64,000 nt of DNA from Azolla caroliniana. Its lineage: Eukaryota > Plantae > Polypodiophyta. The stretch's first letter is position 1; every line of letters begins with the position of its first letter. The notes below the pieces were generated by a model. It did not search any database. It was not told the DNA's origin and was given only the letters and a program-made list of their open reading frames with translations. The DNA is taken from positions 20,150,001 through 20,214,000 of the forward strand of contig JBHGNT010000008.1 in assembly GCA_043228905.1 (NCBI GenBank), given 5' to 3'. Shown in pieces: positions 1 to 12,999 of the stretch. The position numbers and the translations under genes were made by a program.

Positions 1-173
1 GAAAACACATATCATTTCAACACTCAAATCGTGGAAAATGAATAGAGTGATCAAAATACTATTAGAATTTACTAATTTAGAACTTAGAATTTCTTCATAC
101 TCATAGTTATTGGTTCTCTAATTCAAATGAATATGTAAAAACCAGTAATAAATGATCTTCATTCTATTTTCAA

Positions 174-2987
174 TTATATTTCCTCTTCTACATCATCATT
201 CGAGGATTCAGTTGTATCATCATAGTTGTCCACATAATCACTATCAGAAAATGAATCAATTGAGTCATTGTCAATGTCTTCATCCTCTTGTTCTCCATCA
301 TCATTACCATATTCAGCATTGCAAGGAATATTTGTAGCTTGTCGAATAAGTACCCTTCTTGTACTTGAAACTCTCACACAAGCATAACTACGAACACGAC
401 CTCCTCTAATAGTGCTAGAACTTGAACCTACTAGTCCTTCATCCACTATCATAGTGGCAAACTTAGATCTACTCCGAGTAACCCGACCAATATGCATAGC
501 CTCGGCTTCCTCAAAATATGTTTGTGCGACTTGAGTGTCAATATCGGTTGTTGATGGAGGCATTTCAGGAGTCTTGTCAATGTCTATCTCATCTGGATTA
601 ACCTAAATCAAATAATATCATAGTATCATGATCATGATTGATAATTTTAAAACCATAACCAATTCACAAGGCTCGTTAATTAACCTATAAATGACTTGTC
701 TAGACTCTAAACGTCAAATGTCAAATATGAATAAGAAAGATGTAGACCTGCATTGGAAGACCAACATGAGTTTGAAAGCTCCGAACAAGCCTTAAGTTTT
801 CTCTAACATATACTAATCTCTCCACTTGTTTCACCTTCAAACGATTCCTCCTTTTTGTATGTGCCAACGCATGTGCATTCCAATTTCTTTCAACAGCTCC
901 AGAAGAGCAATCCTATGACACAAAGTATTCAACAAACAACATGAATATATGTCATTGTAGAAGATTAATAACATTGACACAATTTTTAAAAAAAACTATA
1001 ATACCTGAGACAATACTCGACAAGCTAATGATTGTAGTAAGGGCACATTGTCCCCATATCTTTCCCACCAGGAGACAGGTTTGCATTTTGCAATGTGTGA
1101 TTTTGATAGTTCATTGCTAAATCGGCCCACACCATTTCTATACATGTCAAATTGATCTTGTAAGATTTCACATTCATCTATAGAATATACCTTTTGAATA
1201 TACCCAAGCCATCCATCTGTCATCTCCGCATTCATAACTATTGGTTGATCTTTGGGCTTCCATAAAGGATGCAAAATATGTGCAACAATATGAATTGGCT
1301 TTTTGAACCATGACCAACGACAATCAAAGCATTCCAAAACCTCTTTATATCTGCATTAACATAAATATGAATATTATAGAAATCAATTATTGGAAATATG
1401 CATAACATTGATGATAACAATGATTCAAAGAAATGAAAAAGATACAATAAATAACAATTGTACATACTACATACTACATAGAAATAATAATATTAGAATA
1501 AATTACCTGTCTTTGTTTGATGTGTCTTCTCTCGCTCCTCGTTGCAATGTGTCTCTAGCCCTCCTCATGAATTCATAAAGTAAGCCCATTGTAGATCCTT
1601 CACGATCAGTTCGCCGCAAAACAGAAAACAGTGGGCGCATAATAGAAATTACAATCATAATTGAAGGCAAAGTAGAGCTGTCTTGCACAATGGACTTCAC
1701 CTTGACAACATATGGCTTTTTGGAGTCACTCCAATCCTCCCAATAGTTGCTAACCACAGTTTGTTCAAGAGCTCTCCAAACTCTTGCAAGCCTCTCAAGG
1801 ACAATAAGAATGTAGCCAAATCGAGTGGCACTTGGCCTAAGAAGCACAAGAGACGAATTGTTGCTGAAAATTTTCCGCGCATTCCTTTTCTTGGTGAATA
1901 GTTTAACCACATAATTTGCTCTCTTGTGCACTCGACGAACCCAAGACAACTTCCCAATATCCTCTAGCAATAAATCTAGACAATGTGATGCACAAGGAGT
2001 CCATACAAGGCTTGGGAATTCAGTCCCTAGAATGTGACCCATGCTAACACAATTAGATGCATTGTCAGTGACAATTTGCACCACATTTTCGGGTTTTACT
2101 TCCTTTATTGCAATTGAAAGCATTTCAGCCAGCCATGGACCATCAACCCTTGTAGAAACACCACTACAATCAATAGTTTTGAGGTACATAGTTCCATAAC
2201 AACATGAGACCAAAATATTCACAAGTGCTCTCTTGCTAGTGTCAATCCATCCATCTGAAAGTATTGTAACTCCATATTTTGGCCAAAGGGCTTTCACATT
2301 TTCCACTTTTTGTTGCACATTCAAATGCTCTTTCTTTAAATACTTAACTCTTAAATCATTGTAGGTAATACCACTATACTTTTCCCCAATATCAGAGAAA
2401 GCTAACAACATGTTCCTCCAACATGACATTTTCAAAAGATTAAAAGATAGATTACCTTCCACAATGCATCTAACCAACATTGTGTTTGCATAGTCTTTCT
2501 TCATCAACATAGTAGCACTTGATCTTCTCCTTATGGTGCTTTGAGTGAGACTTTTTCTTCTTGAACCTTCTGTATCTTCAATATCCATAGGAATTTGGTC
2601 AATTGTATCCTTCTTAGATGAGGCACATGTGCTGGCTATTGATGATTGTGATTGGAACATTGAATCAACCATTGAATCCACCATGCCTTCTTTAAACTCA
2701 ATTTGTTGTTCCATGGCTTCCACTTCTTTGATGCGTTTTTGCTTCTTGCGAGTCAATTCACTTTCTTGTGCTAATGCTATAGCCTCTTGATATGCCTCTA
2801 GAGTTACTTGCACACACTTGTCTATACCTTCACCTTTAATTCCAACAAGGTGAGCAACTAAACGTGTTAGTGTCCCGGTCCCATGAAGACCACAAAATCG
2901 GCAATCCCAATAATAGGACCCAGATGACTTCCCAGCTTGTCTATTCAAACAATATTTGTCCCATAAGGGAGATTCTTTGCGTGGCAT
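174..2987 (-). CDS. hAT transposase (BED finger, DUF659-type core, hAT dimerisation domain, acidic tail); exons 2987-1507, 1350-1005, 912-748, 602-174; 806 aa
   Basis: Three GT-AG introns join the ORFs in frame (2421 nt = 807 codons with stop). Motifs CRFC...RLVAHL, SDGW, VTDNASN, PCASHCLDL, SATRFG, WWERYG, SSGAVERNW...KRRNRL...LVYVRENL. Confidence 0.9.
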
Positions 2988-3059
2988 AGTTGCTTAATTG
3001 GTGACCACTGATATCGAATTCTAGAGACTCGAGAGTTGTCTTTTATATATATTGTCCTA

Positions 3060-4060
3060 GATTCATGAATCCACAATGTGATTATGTATATCATTTAAAC
3101 ATATGAATTTAACAAGAAATTAGTCATGAATCCACAATGCGAAGATGACATATGTATATCATTAAACATATGATTTTAACTATAAATTATTCATGAACAT
3201 TGAATCCACAATGTCACAATGTATATGATTTAAACATATGATTTTAACCATAAATTATTCATGAATCCATGATGGTAATTATCCATGATGATTTTAACCA
3301 TAAACTATTCTATGGTAATTACTTTAATATCACCTCCATATATGTTAGTTAATAAGTTAATTATCTATTACATAACGAAAATTTCAGCCCTCTTTCTCAA
3401 TTAGATTTTAATCCACTTGCATTTGGGCAAAAACACATAGAAGTCATCACATAACGAAAATTTTCAGAGCTCTTTCTAATTACATTTTAATCCACTTGCA
3501 TTTGGGCATAAACAAATAGAAATCATTGAAATTTCAAACGTGCATTTGTATATTATTATTCTATGACCTAATTACTTTAATAAGTTAATTAACTATACGG
3601 GAAAGTAATCACATAATGGAAATTCTAGCCCTCTTTCTCAAATATATATGCTACTTAATCGATCCTTTAGAAAATTTCAAATCTATTTAAGAGTATTTAC
3701 TATTTTCTAAAATATTCTTAAATATGCAAGACATATACTTAATCTACTTGCATTTGGGCATAACCACACATAAATCATTCAAATTTCAAACATGCATGAT
3801 GCATATGTAATATGCATGCTAATCTATGGTAAATACTTAATATCGTCTCCCTATATGTTACTTAATAAGTTAATTAAGTTATGGGGAAGTCATAACATAA
3901 TGGAAATTTGAATTTCAGCCCTCTTTCTCAATAATGTATGTTACTTAATCTAGATTCCATGGAAAATCTATTTCAAATTCAGAGTTTTCTAAATATTCTA
4001 AAATATTTTCTGTTTTGAGACCCTCAAAACAGATTTTAATCCACATTCCATTTGGGCATA
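3060..4060. repeat. Degenerate tandem repeats in the hAT 5' non-coding region
   Basis: Repeated CATGAATCCACAATG...AAACATATGATTTTAAC units (3060-3310) and ACATAAYGRAAATTTCAGCCCTCTTTCTCA / TAATCCACTTGCATTTGGGCA units (3370-4060). Confidence 0.75.
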
Positions 4061-4835
4061 AACAAACCAAAATTATTCATACATGCACATATATTATGAC
4101 GAAATTACCTTTGATTCTTTGAAAATGAACTAAAACTATGCTTCCTTCCTATAGGCTGCTTCTAAAGACATGCGTAAAAACCTTTAGGCTACAAAATGAA
4201 GACAGTAGTGAGTCAAAACAGAAAACCCCCAATTCTTTACTTTTTCTGATTTCACTACTAAAAAAAGCCCTACAAAATTATTAGTTTTAATTATTTACAA
4301 ATTTAGGCTCATAAAAAAATGATAGTACCAAAAGGTAGAATACGTTTAGAATACGTGTGGGTATTCTAAAACGTACTCTATGGGTAAAATACGCGTTTTT
4401 TAACAACAAAGCGATTCCTCAATCTATGAAGGCATAATTGTAAATAATTACAATTTGAAGTAGAAAATCGTGATACACACTTACACTGATTTATAGAATA
4501 AGGGAATGTCGACATCCATATTACTACAAATATTTTAGGATGTGAAATGTTCAAATGTCTTATATGTATTTTAGGATGTAGAACTATATTGTACATCACA
4601 AAATTGTGTAAACATAGATGTTTTTTACAATATTATAGATATTTTTTAGGAAGGTAAATAATTTTCAAATTCTAGAAGTATTTAACGTACTATACGTAAA
4701 ATACGTATTTTATAAGTATTTAACATATTAAAAAAACGTATTTAACGTATTTTTAAATTGGGAGGTACTATACGGATATTAATACGTTAAATACGTATGG
4801 TATCCGTATCATACCTAAGGTACCTAACAACCTTG

Positions 4836-5180
4836 AAATGGCTAGGTAAACGTGGCAACCCGTTAGGTTGCCCACTTTGCCATTCACCTATTGAGACTCT
4901 GAGGCATTGTCTGTGGGATTGCCCTCACACTCAAAAGGTATGGATAGTGTGACTCGCCTCCTTGCGGCATGTGAAGTGGAAGGAACAACATCGTGGGGTG
5001 CCGCGACATGGCTTGATCACTCTGTTGATAGGTGGATGGACACCTTCAATGCGGATAGTTGGTGCTACATATTCATGAGAAGCAAAATCGCCAAGATTCA
5101 ATTTGAGAGAGGCTTGCAGTCCGCATCCCCTAGGTTCCCGAACATTTGGATGTTGATCGCAGGCTTCACCCTGTGGTATG
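4836..5180 (+). mobile_element. L1-type LINE remnant, ORF2 zf-RVT region (left part)
   Basis: Translates KWLGKRGNPLGCPLCHSPIETLRHCLWDCPHTQKVW (CCHC zf-RVT motif); continues after the Copia insertion as LWYVWKARCLKVF. Confidence 0.75.
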
Positions 5181-5672
5181 TGTTGAGAATCAAGCTCAAC
5201 TTGGTCTAGTGTGTGAACTCACCTTGAGAGTGAATAGACACTCCAACAATCAAGAGTCACCACTACGTCACCACTTTGTATTCTATGACACATAACTTAC
5301 GAGCTTTCACATTCCCCATGCTCCATGAGTCTTGTAGTTAATGAAGAGAGTGGGTGACTATATAAAGCACCCTCCTCCCACCTTGTATAATGTTGAGTCT
5401 TTCTCCTTTGTTAATATACTTTACCTTGCGTATTCTCTGTGTGTGTGTCTCTCTCTCATACACACACACACACACAGTTCACACCTATTCTACTACACAA
5501 GAATCATACCCGATTCTTTACATGGTATCAGATTGGTTTGGTAGCTCCATCTAGCCCATCTGCGTGTGTTGAGTTCTACGTCGACGTTCAAGAAGAACCG
5601 GCTCATCGCTATCGTAGCTTCGCTACATAGCTCACATTCGAAGAGAGAAGAAGAATAATAAGAATTGACATA

Positions 5673-8600
5673 ATGAATACTCAAATGGGGAGTGCTCTCC
5701 CTACCGAGAAGTTGGATCGAAACAACTTCGCATGTTGGGAGTACAAGATGCACCAATACCTTGTCGGACAAGGCTATTGGAGCTACATCAAAGGAGAGCA
5801 TGAAGATTGACCTGCCAAAGCAGCTCCCGGATACGCGACATGGGAGCAAGCCACAAGACACGTGATGTACTGCTTGGTGACATGTGTTCACGATCACATG
5901 CTCGGCTACATTCGCAAAGCCAAGACGCCGAAGGAGGCATGGGAAAATCTACGAAAGGTTTTCGCGGCGAACACAACCACAAGAAGGCTTCAACTCCGCC
6001 AAGAGTTGAACAACATTCAACAAAGGGACATGTCCATCATGACATACACCTCGAAGATTAAGGAGCTTTGCGATTCGCTCGGTTCAATAAGCGTAAATAT
6101 CGATGATGATGAGATGGTGCAAATATGCCTCGGCAGCCTCGCACCACGGTTCGGCGTGATGCGAACTGCCGTTCTAGCACGGGAGAAATCTCCCTCCTTC
6201 TTCGAGCTCCAATCAATGATATTGGTCGAAGAAAACCACGTGCGTGTAGAGCATGTGGCTCTACACGCACTCGAATGAAGGAAGACGACGCGGACGAGCG
6301 AGAGGCCGATTCGGCCAAGGACAAGGTGGACGAGGTCCGACCTACGATAACAACTCCCAATTTCGGCCGCAAAACGGAAGCCAACGAGGAACCTTCGCAA
6401 GAAGGGGGAGCTTCCACTCCGGCCCGAGTTGTCAAAACGCAATTGAATGCGGATATTGCAGAAAGCTCGGCCACCACGAAGAAGAGTGCCGAAAGAAGAT
6501 GTGTGAATCGGCTTCCACAAGCTGACAACTCACGAATTACGCGCACAATTCCGACTACAAGAGTATAGCGGAATGTATGCGCACAACTCTGACTACGAAG
6601 ATCGTGGCGGAATGTATGCATGCAACTCCAACCGTGGCGGAATTTTCATGATGAAACATAGAGCAAACTCTATGTCGGCCTCTACCTCAACTAGTGCCCT
6701 CAATCCGGAGGACGTATGGTTTGTTGACTCCGGAGCCTCAAACCACATGACATCTCATAAAGAATGGTTCCTCGAACTTCAAGAGCCAGAGCAACCCGGT
6801 TATGTCGAAACCGGAGATGACACTACGCACCCAATTCGGCACATCGGCAATGTTCCCACCATCACGAAGAATTTGGTCTCGGTTGGCCAAATGGTTGAGC
6901 AAGGGATGCAAGTACGATTCGACCAAGAAGGGTGCTTCATCGAAAAAGAGGGCCGAATCATCACGTGTGGAAGAAGAGAGGGCCGGATGTTCATTCTCGA
7001 TTCACACGAGATGAAATCCGCCATGTTCGCAAAAAGCACGAAAGCCAACTCCGACATAGAGCTATGGCACAAGCGAATTGGCCACATCAATCTCATCAAA
7101 CTCAAAGCAATGAAATCGAAAGGAGTCGTCATCGGACTCCTGACATTCAAAGAGAAGGAGATTGAAGGTGTATGCGAAGCGTGCCAATTCAGCAAGCAAC
7201 ACCGACACCCATTCCCGAAAGAGCGGAACGTGAGCAAAGGTCTACTCGATGTAGTCCATTCTGACGTATGGTGTCCGGCTCAGACGACGACATTTGGCGG
7301 AAGCCGATACTATGTGACCTTCATCGACGACCTCTCTAGGCACACTTGGATCTATCCGATGTGGCAAAAGAGCGAACTGTTCGAACACTTCCAAAATTTC
7401 AAGAATGAAGTCGAGAAAGCCACGGGCCGTCATGTACGATGCCTTCGATCGGATGGCGGCGAGTACTTCTCGGACGATTTCACGGCGTATCTCCGAAAGG
7501 AAGGAATTTGGCGAGAACTCACTTGCCGACACACTCCGCAACAAAACGGAGTAGCCGAGCGCAAAAATCAGCACATCCTCGAAATAGCGCAGGCCATGAT
7601 AAACGAGAAGCATATGCCCAAGTCATATTGGGCCGAAGCTGCAAATACTGTTGTCTACCTAATGAACTGGTGCACAACATCCGGAGTGCACGAGGTCACT
7701 CCGCACGAAATATACTTCGGAAAGAAGCCGGACTTATCACACACCCGGATATTCGGCGCGATAGTGTACGTGCACATCCCCGACGAGAAGCGTCAAAAGC
7801 TTGACCCGAAGTCGGAGAAATGTATTCTCGTAAGATAGTCACTCGAACAAAAGGGGTACAAGTGCTACAACCCCTCAACTCGAAAATCTCGAGTAAGTCG
7901 AGATGTCGATTTTGACGAATTCACATCCTGGTACGCACTAGAGACAACTTCGACTCTGACTCCGCTTGACCGGGAATCTGCCGAACAAGAGATAGAGGAT
8001 GAAGATCGCCTTACGCGCATGTTTGAAGAAAGTCCGATCACGACCCGACTGAGCGGACCACAAGAGCCTTTGAGCGATCAAAGCACATCACGGCCTAGCC
8101 CGTAGATGGACAAAGGGAAGGCGAAAATGTCGGAATACGAAGACGATCACTTCGACGGCAACGAATCGAGTCACTCCCTCGATAGTGAGTTCGAAGGCCT
8201 TGAGATTCGGACACATGGAGTGGAGAACGCCGTAGTATCCATCAACCGCTACAAAGCGCGACTCGTAGCAAAAGGCTACGCACAAACACACGGAGTTGAC
8301 TACGAAGAGACCTTTGCCCCGGTCGCAAAGATGACGACGGTACGGACCGTAATTGCGCTTGCCGCGGCAAAAGGGTGGCACCTCCATCAAATGGACGTCA
8401 AGAATGCCTTTCTACAAGGAGAATTAGAAGAGTAGGTGTACATGATACAACCACCCGGCTTCAACTCGAGCACCCATCCGAAAGTTGTATGCCGACTCAA
8501 GAAGCCACTCTACGGCCTCAAGCAAGCACTGCGTGCTTGGCATTCAAAGATAACGCAATATCTTCATCAAATTGGCTTCAGTATGTCAAAATCGGACAAC

Positions 8601-10390
8601 TCCCTCTACATATGAAGCGGTTCCGCAAGTCCGATCGTCATCATCTTATATGTGGATGACCTAGTCATTGGAGGTGAGCATCTTGTCGAAATCAATAAGG
8701 TCAAATCCCTCTTTTCCAACAAGTTCAAGATGACGGACATGAAGGAGCTCCACTACTTCCTTGGCATCAAGGTAATTCAGACTCCGGCCAAAATCATGAT
8801 CTCTCAACGACACTACATCCTCATTTTGTTATATAAGTTCGGTATGGCTGATTGCAAATCTGCGGCAACACCGCTTGATCGCAATCTCAAACTAGATGCG
8901 AACTCCGGCACCAAAGCGTGTGAGCCGACTCAGTATCGGCAACTCATCGGGAGTCTCATCTACCTCACAATCACTCGATCCGGTCTCAGTTATCCTGTCG
9001 GTCTCCTTAGCCAATTCATGCAAACACCGTGTGATACTCACTTGGATTGTGCTAAGCAAGTTCTACGATACGTGAGCGGCACATTGGATTGCGGAATCCT
9101 CTACAAGACCGTGATGCCAATACAACTCGAGGGGTACACAGGCGCCGATTGGGCCGGCTACAAAGCCGATAGAAGATCAACCTCCGGATTTGTTTTTTCC
9201 CTCGGTAGCGGAGCAATATCCTGGAGCAGCAAAAAGCAACCAACCGTCGCTCTTTCGAGCACAAAGGTAGAATACAGGAGCGCAACAGTGGCCGCATGTG
9301 AAGCCGTATGGCTCAAAAGGATACTCAAGGATCTGGGCGTACCCATCAAGGATCTGACTTCCCTTTACTACGACAACATGAGTAGTATCTATTTGGCTCG
9401 GAACTCGGTGTTCCACGCGTGGACAAAGCACATCGAAGTGCACTATCACTTCATCCAAGAGCGCGTTCTAGCTGTCGATGTCTTTGTCAGGAACTACACG
9501 CTCCCTATGCGCAACGCTTGGCCACAACTGAGCTTAGAAACATACACATAAAAAAAACTGGGGAATGGATGCACGACACAAAAGGAGAGAAGAGTACATA
9601 GGATGTTTAACGTGGACCTTGAGAGGGAAAAACCACGAGAGTCCACAGACTCCAAACTATCACTATATCACAATGATTACAACAGTGAGCTCACGGAGGC
9701 AATGACCTCGTGCTCACGATTTTCGCCACAGGCAGCGGTTACAACAGAGGCAACAACCTCTTCCTCTCTCTCTCTCTCTCTGTACACTGTTACGTGCTCT
9801 CAAGTCTTGCACCAACAAGAATGACAACAACTATAAAAGAATTTGCCCTAAGTCATATTTATACTAATATGACTTTTCGGCTATTTACACATAGAGCCCC
9901 GATGGACTCTCAGAAACATATTTACGAATATGTCCCTTCATCCGGTGAGCGCTCCTCACTGGGCCTGCATCATCCGGCGCTTGCCGGGTACTCGTCATCC
10001 AGTTCTCACCGGGTCTTCCGTTGCCGGGTACTCCTCATCCGGTTCTCACCGGGTCTTCCGTAGCCAGTACTCCTCATCCGGTTCTCACCGGGTCTTCCGT
10101 AGCCAGGTACTCTTCATCCGATTCTCACTGGGTCTGCACCATCCGGCTCATGATGGGTACTCCACATACGGTTTCGGCCTCGGCCTCGACTGAGTTTGCT
10201 CATCAGTACTGTTCTTCTCACTTCCCATCCGGAGGGACCTGTTTCCTAACAATGTCGACCTACAACACATTAGCACAAATCTTCAAACGACTGACATGTT
10301 CACTAAAGCCTTAGGAGCCAACGAGCTATGACAATTCATGACCGATCTCGGATTGACGAACCTTGACCTGCCAAGCTTGAGGGGGAGTAC
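5673..10390 (+). pseudogene. Copia gag-pol with frameshifts, stops, internal deletions and a solo-LTR insertion
   Basis: CGYCRKLGHHEEEC knuckle, [44 protein letters not shown]...HIEVHYHF across several frames. Confidence 0.9.
9483..10251 (-). mobile_element. Solo LTR of Copia family C inserted in the RNase H of the family-A element
   Basis: TSD ATGTC (9478-9482, 10252-10256); removing it restores ERVLAVDVDLQHIST; homologous to LTRs at 49922-50504 and 61729-62286; tandem ~40-bp U3 repeats at ~9987-10150. Confidence 0.9.
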
Positions 10391-10971
10391 TGAAGACGCT
10401 ACGCAATAATGTATGGATTCCGCAAACCGCGCACACTACGCAATAACGCGTGGATTCCGCAACCACGCAATGAAGCCGTGAAGAGCCGATCTACCGCGCA
10501 AAGCCGCGAAGAAAGATGCAAGCTTAAGCACAGACTTCGCAACTACGCACAACGCAAGTTGGAGCACGTATTCCGCAACTCCGCATAAATGCAAGTCGAC
10601 ACGAGTCGACGTGGACTCCGGAACGTGAGTCGAAGCGGATTTCGGATACCATCTGAAACTGACCCGACTTGAGCTTGAGGGGGCGTGCTGAGAATCAAGC
10701 TCAACTTGGTCTAGTGTGTGAACTCACCTTGAGAGTGAATAGACACTCCAACAGTCAAGAGTCACCACTATGTCACCATTTTGTATTCTAGCATTTAGTA
10801 TGAGTCATAGAATCATATTCTATGACACATAACTTATGAGCTTTGACATTCCCCATGCTCCATGAGTCTTGTAGTTAATGAAGAGAGTGGGTGACTATAT
10901 AAAGCACCCTCCTCCCACCTTGTATAATGTTGTTCTCTTTTGTTAATATACTTTACCTTGCGTATTCTTTG

Positions 10972-11006
<35 letters not shown>

Positions 11007-11070
11007 CACACACACACACACACAGTTCACACCTATTCTGCTACACAAGAATCATACCCGATTCTTTACA

Positions 11071-11568
11071 GTATGTATGGAAAGCGCGTTGCCTAAAGGT
11101 CTTCCAAGATCTGGTGCGGCCCCCGGAGGAAGTGATCATGGACATATGGTTTGCACCTATTAGCTGCCTACGAGGGCAATTGGACGAGGTTTGCAGCCAT
11201 TCCTCTGATGTGGGTACTGCCCGTTTGCACTTTTGGCAGAAATGGCGGAACACGCCTATGGTGAAACAAGGAGGAAGTGGCCCGAGGTGGAACTACTAGT
11301 GCCCATGCTCTGTTTCCGGCTCACTTACCACCCTCCCTTTGCTATCGACCCCAAGAGTTGTCTCGTACTAGCCATCACTATAGGGCACCATTTTAGTTGT
11401 AGGTACTTACATTAAGTAGTCAGTCTGAAAGGCGATGTAACTAGTCTCATTTTCTTGAACTTGATCGGAGGGAGATTCCCCGATCTATGTTTAAGCCTCC
11501 TTGTACAGTCTCTTTGTAATAATCCTTCCTAACTAATGGGAAAGTAACTTCATTTTGGAAAAAAGAAA
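11071..11568 (+). mobile_element. L1-type LINE remnant, 3' end (right part)
   Basis: WKARCLKVFQD...IMDIWF continues the frame of 4836-5180; A-rich tract near 11558-11568 may be an eroded poly(A) tail. Confidence 0.65.
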
Positions 11569-12099
11569 CCTTCACAAATTTCTATTACAAATCCATTTTT
11601 AATAGAAACCTCCATAAATGTTTGTAAAAACATTCATAAAATTATGTTACAAATCACTTTTTCAAAAGAAACCTTCAGAATGTTTTCCGAATATTGACTA
11701 ATTTTTGTTATAGTTATACATATTTTCAGAAAACATGCCTGATACAAATTTTTGCTATAATTATGCATTTTTTCAGAAAACATGATTTATAAATAGTACA
11801 TTAGAAATCGTCATGCCTGCAACAAAATCTGGCAGCGATGTATGCATCAACTATGAATAGCAGCGTGAAAAGCAACACCATGGGAGTGATATATAGTATC
11901 AACGTGGGTATGATCATAATCATGGATTGATTAGAGTGGATATGGGGGCAGTGTTTTTAAAAAATGTATAGAGAAAAACATTTTGGGGGAAATTTTTTTT
12001 CATGTAAAAAACCCTAAGTGTGCGGCATGGTTAAGTGCACACTTTTTTCCTAGAGATCAAAGTGCGCACCTAGCCGAATGGTTACTACATGTTTACTTA

Positions 12100-12570
12100 T
12101 ATGTTTATATGTATGTTAAAATGCAAGGTATGAATGTATAAATGAAGTGTGTATATGTGCTTGTGTAGCATTTGTATATCAATATATGGGAATGTGCATA
12201 TGTGTATAATGTATGCATGTATGCATGGGTATGTATGTATGCTTATCTTATATGTTGTTGCCAAAATATGCGTGAGCGTGTGAAATGTGAGCGGGACCTC
12301 TACGGAGTTGAACCAAGACCATTGTAACAATTGGTTATATTGGTTTTCAACTTCCTTTGGATATTAACAATAGGCCTTGATAATTTCATGTTTCTCATAA
12401 GTGCATGTGCATGTGCATGTAATTCTATGTGCAAATGAATGTATTCGTATGTTAGAATATTAATGAGTTTCCCTTGTATATGTTTATATATACATGTTAA
12501 TATGTGGGTCATACAAGTATGAATGAAGTGTGTATATGTGCTTGTGTCTATATGCATTTGTATAAATATA
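12100..12570. repeat. Degenerate TATG/ATGT low-complexity region with internal duplication
   Basis: ATGAAGTGTGTATATGTGCTTGTGT...GCATTTGTATA occurs at ~12142-12180 and ~12523-12564. Confidence 0.6.
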
Positions 12571-12573
12571 TAG

Positions 12574-12999
12574 TGTTAGGAATTTGTCTCTCCTATGGGA
12601 GAAGTCGACAGTCGAAGTCAAGGAAGAAGTTGGCAGTTGAATTGACAAGTTTAATATAGGATGGTCAATCGGATCAATTAGCGTGTCAACAGGGTGGTCG
12701 ATTGGTTTGAAGGAGATAGAGAGTCGACTAGATTGGATGGATGCTCTAAGACGAAGACAAGGTTGACAAGTCAGGCCAATTATTTATTATTATGATATAT
12801 ATAATAATAATGACAATAACATATCACTCATATAAATAGAAATAGCTAGGGCAAACTTATTGTGGTAATGATGTCTATAGAGCTTATCTTGTAGAGAGTA
12901 GAAATGAGTGTAGCAGAGAGTAGGAAGACATGCTAGAGTGCATGAGAGAAGCATAGTTTTGTTAGAATGATGTATGATATTTATGCGCGGAAGTATATG
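12574..12999 (+). mobile_element. Truncated LTR (probably Copia)
   Basis: Starts TGTTAGG; TATAAATA at ~12831 followed by TAGGGCAAAC as in the family-C LTRs; interrupted at 13000. Confidence 0.45.

Larger units (their letters stand above)
1..4835 (-). mobile_element. hAT-superfamily DNA transposon, probably autonomous (other end lies left of the window)
   Basis: Encodes a hAT transposase; dense subterminal AATACGT/TACGTA motifs at ~4335-4810; terminus reads CAAGGTTGTTAGGTAC on the minus strand from 4835, after which LINE coding sequence begins (predicted TSD AAATGGCT, 4836-4843). Confidence 0.85.
5181..11070 (+). mobile_element. Full-length, degenerate Ty1/Copia LTR retrotransposon (family A)
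   Basis: 5' LTR 5181-5522 and 3' LTR 10686-11070, both TG...CA; perfect TSD GTATG (5176-5180, 11071-11075); PBS TGGTATCAGA at 5523; PPT at 10675-10685; gag-PR-INT-RT-RH order. Confidence 0.95.

Noticed and set aside
9987-10150. Short direct-repeat array (CRISPR-like at first glance)
   Set aside because: No unique spacers, eukaryotic context; tandem U3 repeats of an LTR.
12291-12330. Isolated B-box-like GGTTCAACTCC on the minus strand (another B-box-like motif near 30740)
   Set aside because: No A-box at proper spacing and no cloverleaf; cannot support a tRNA or SINE call.
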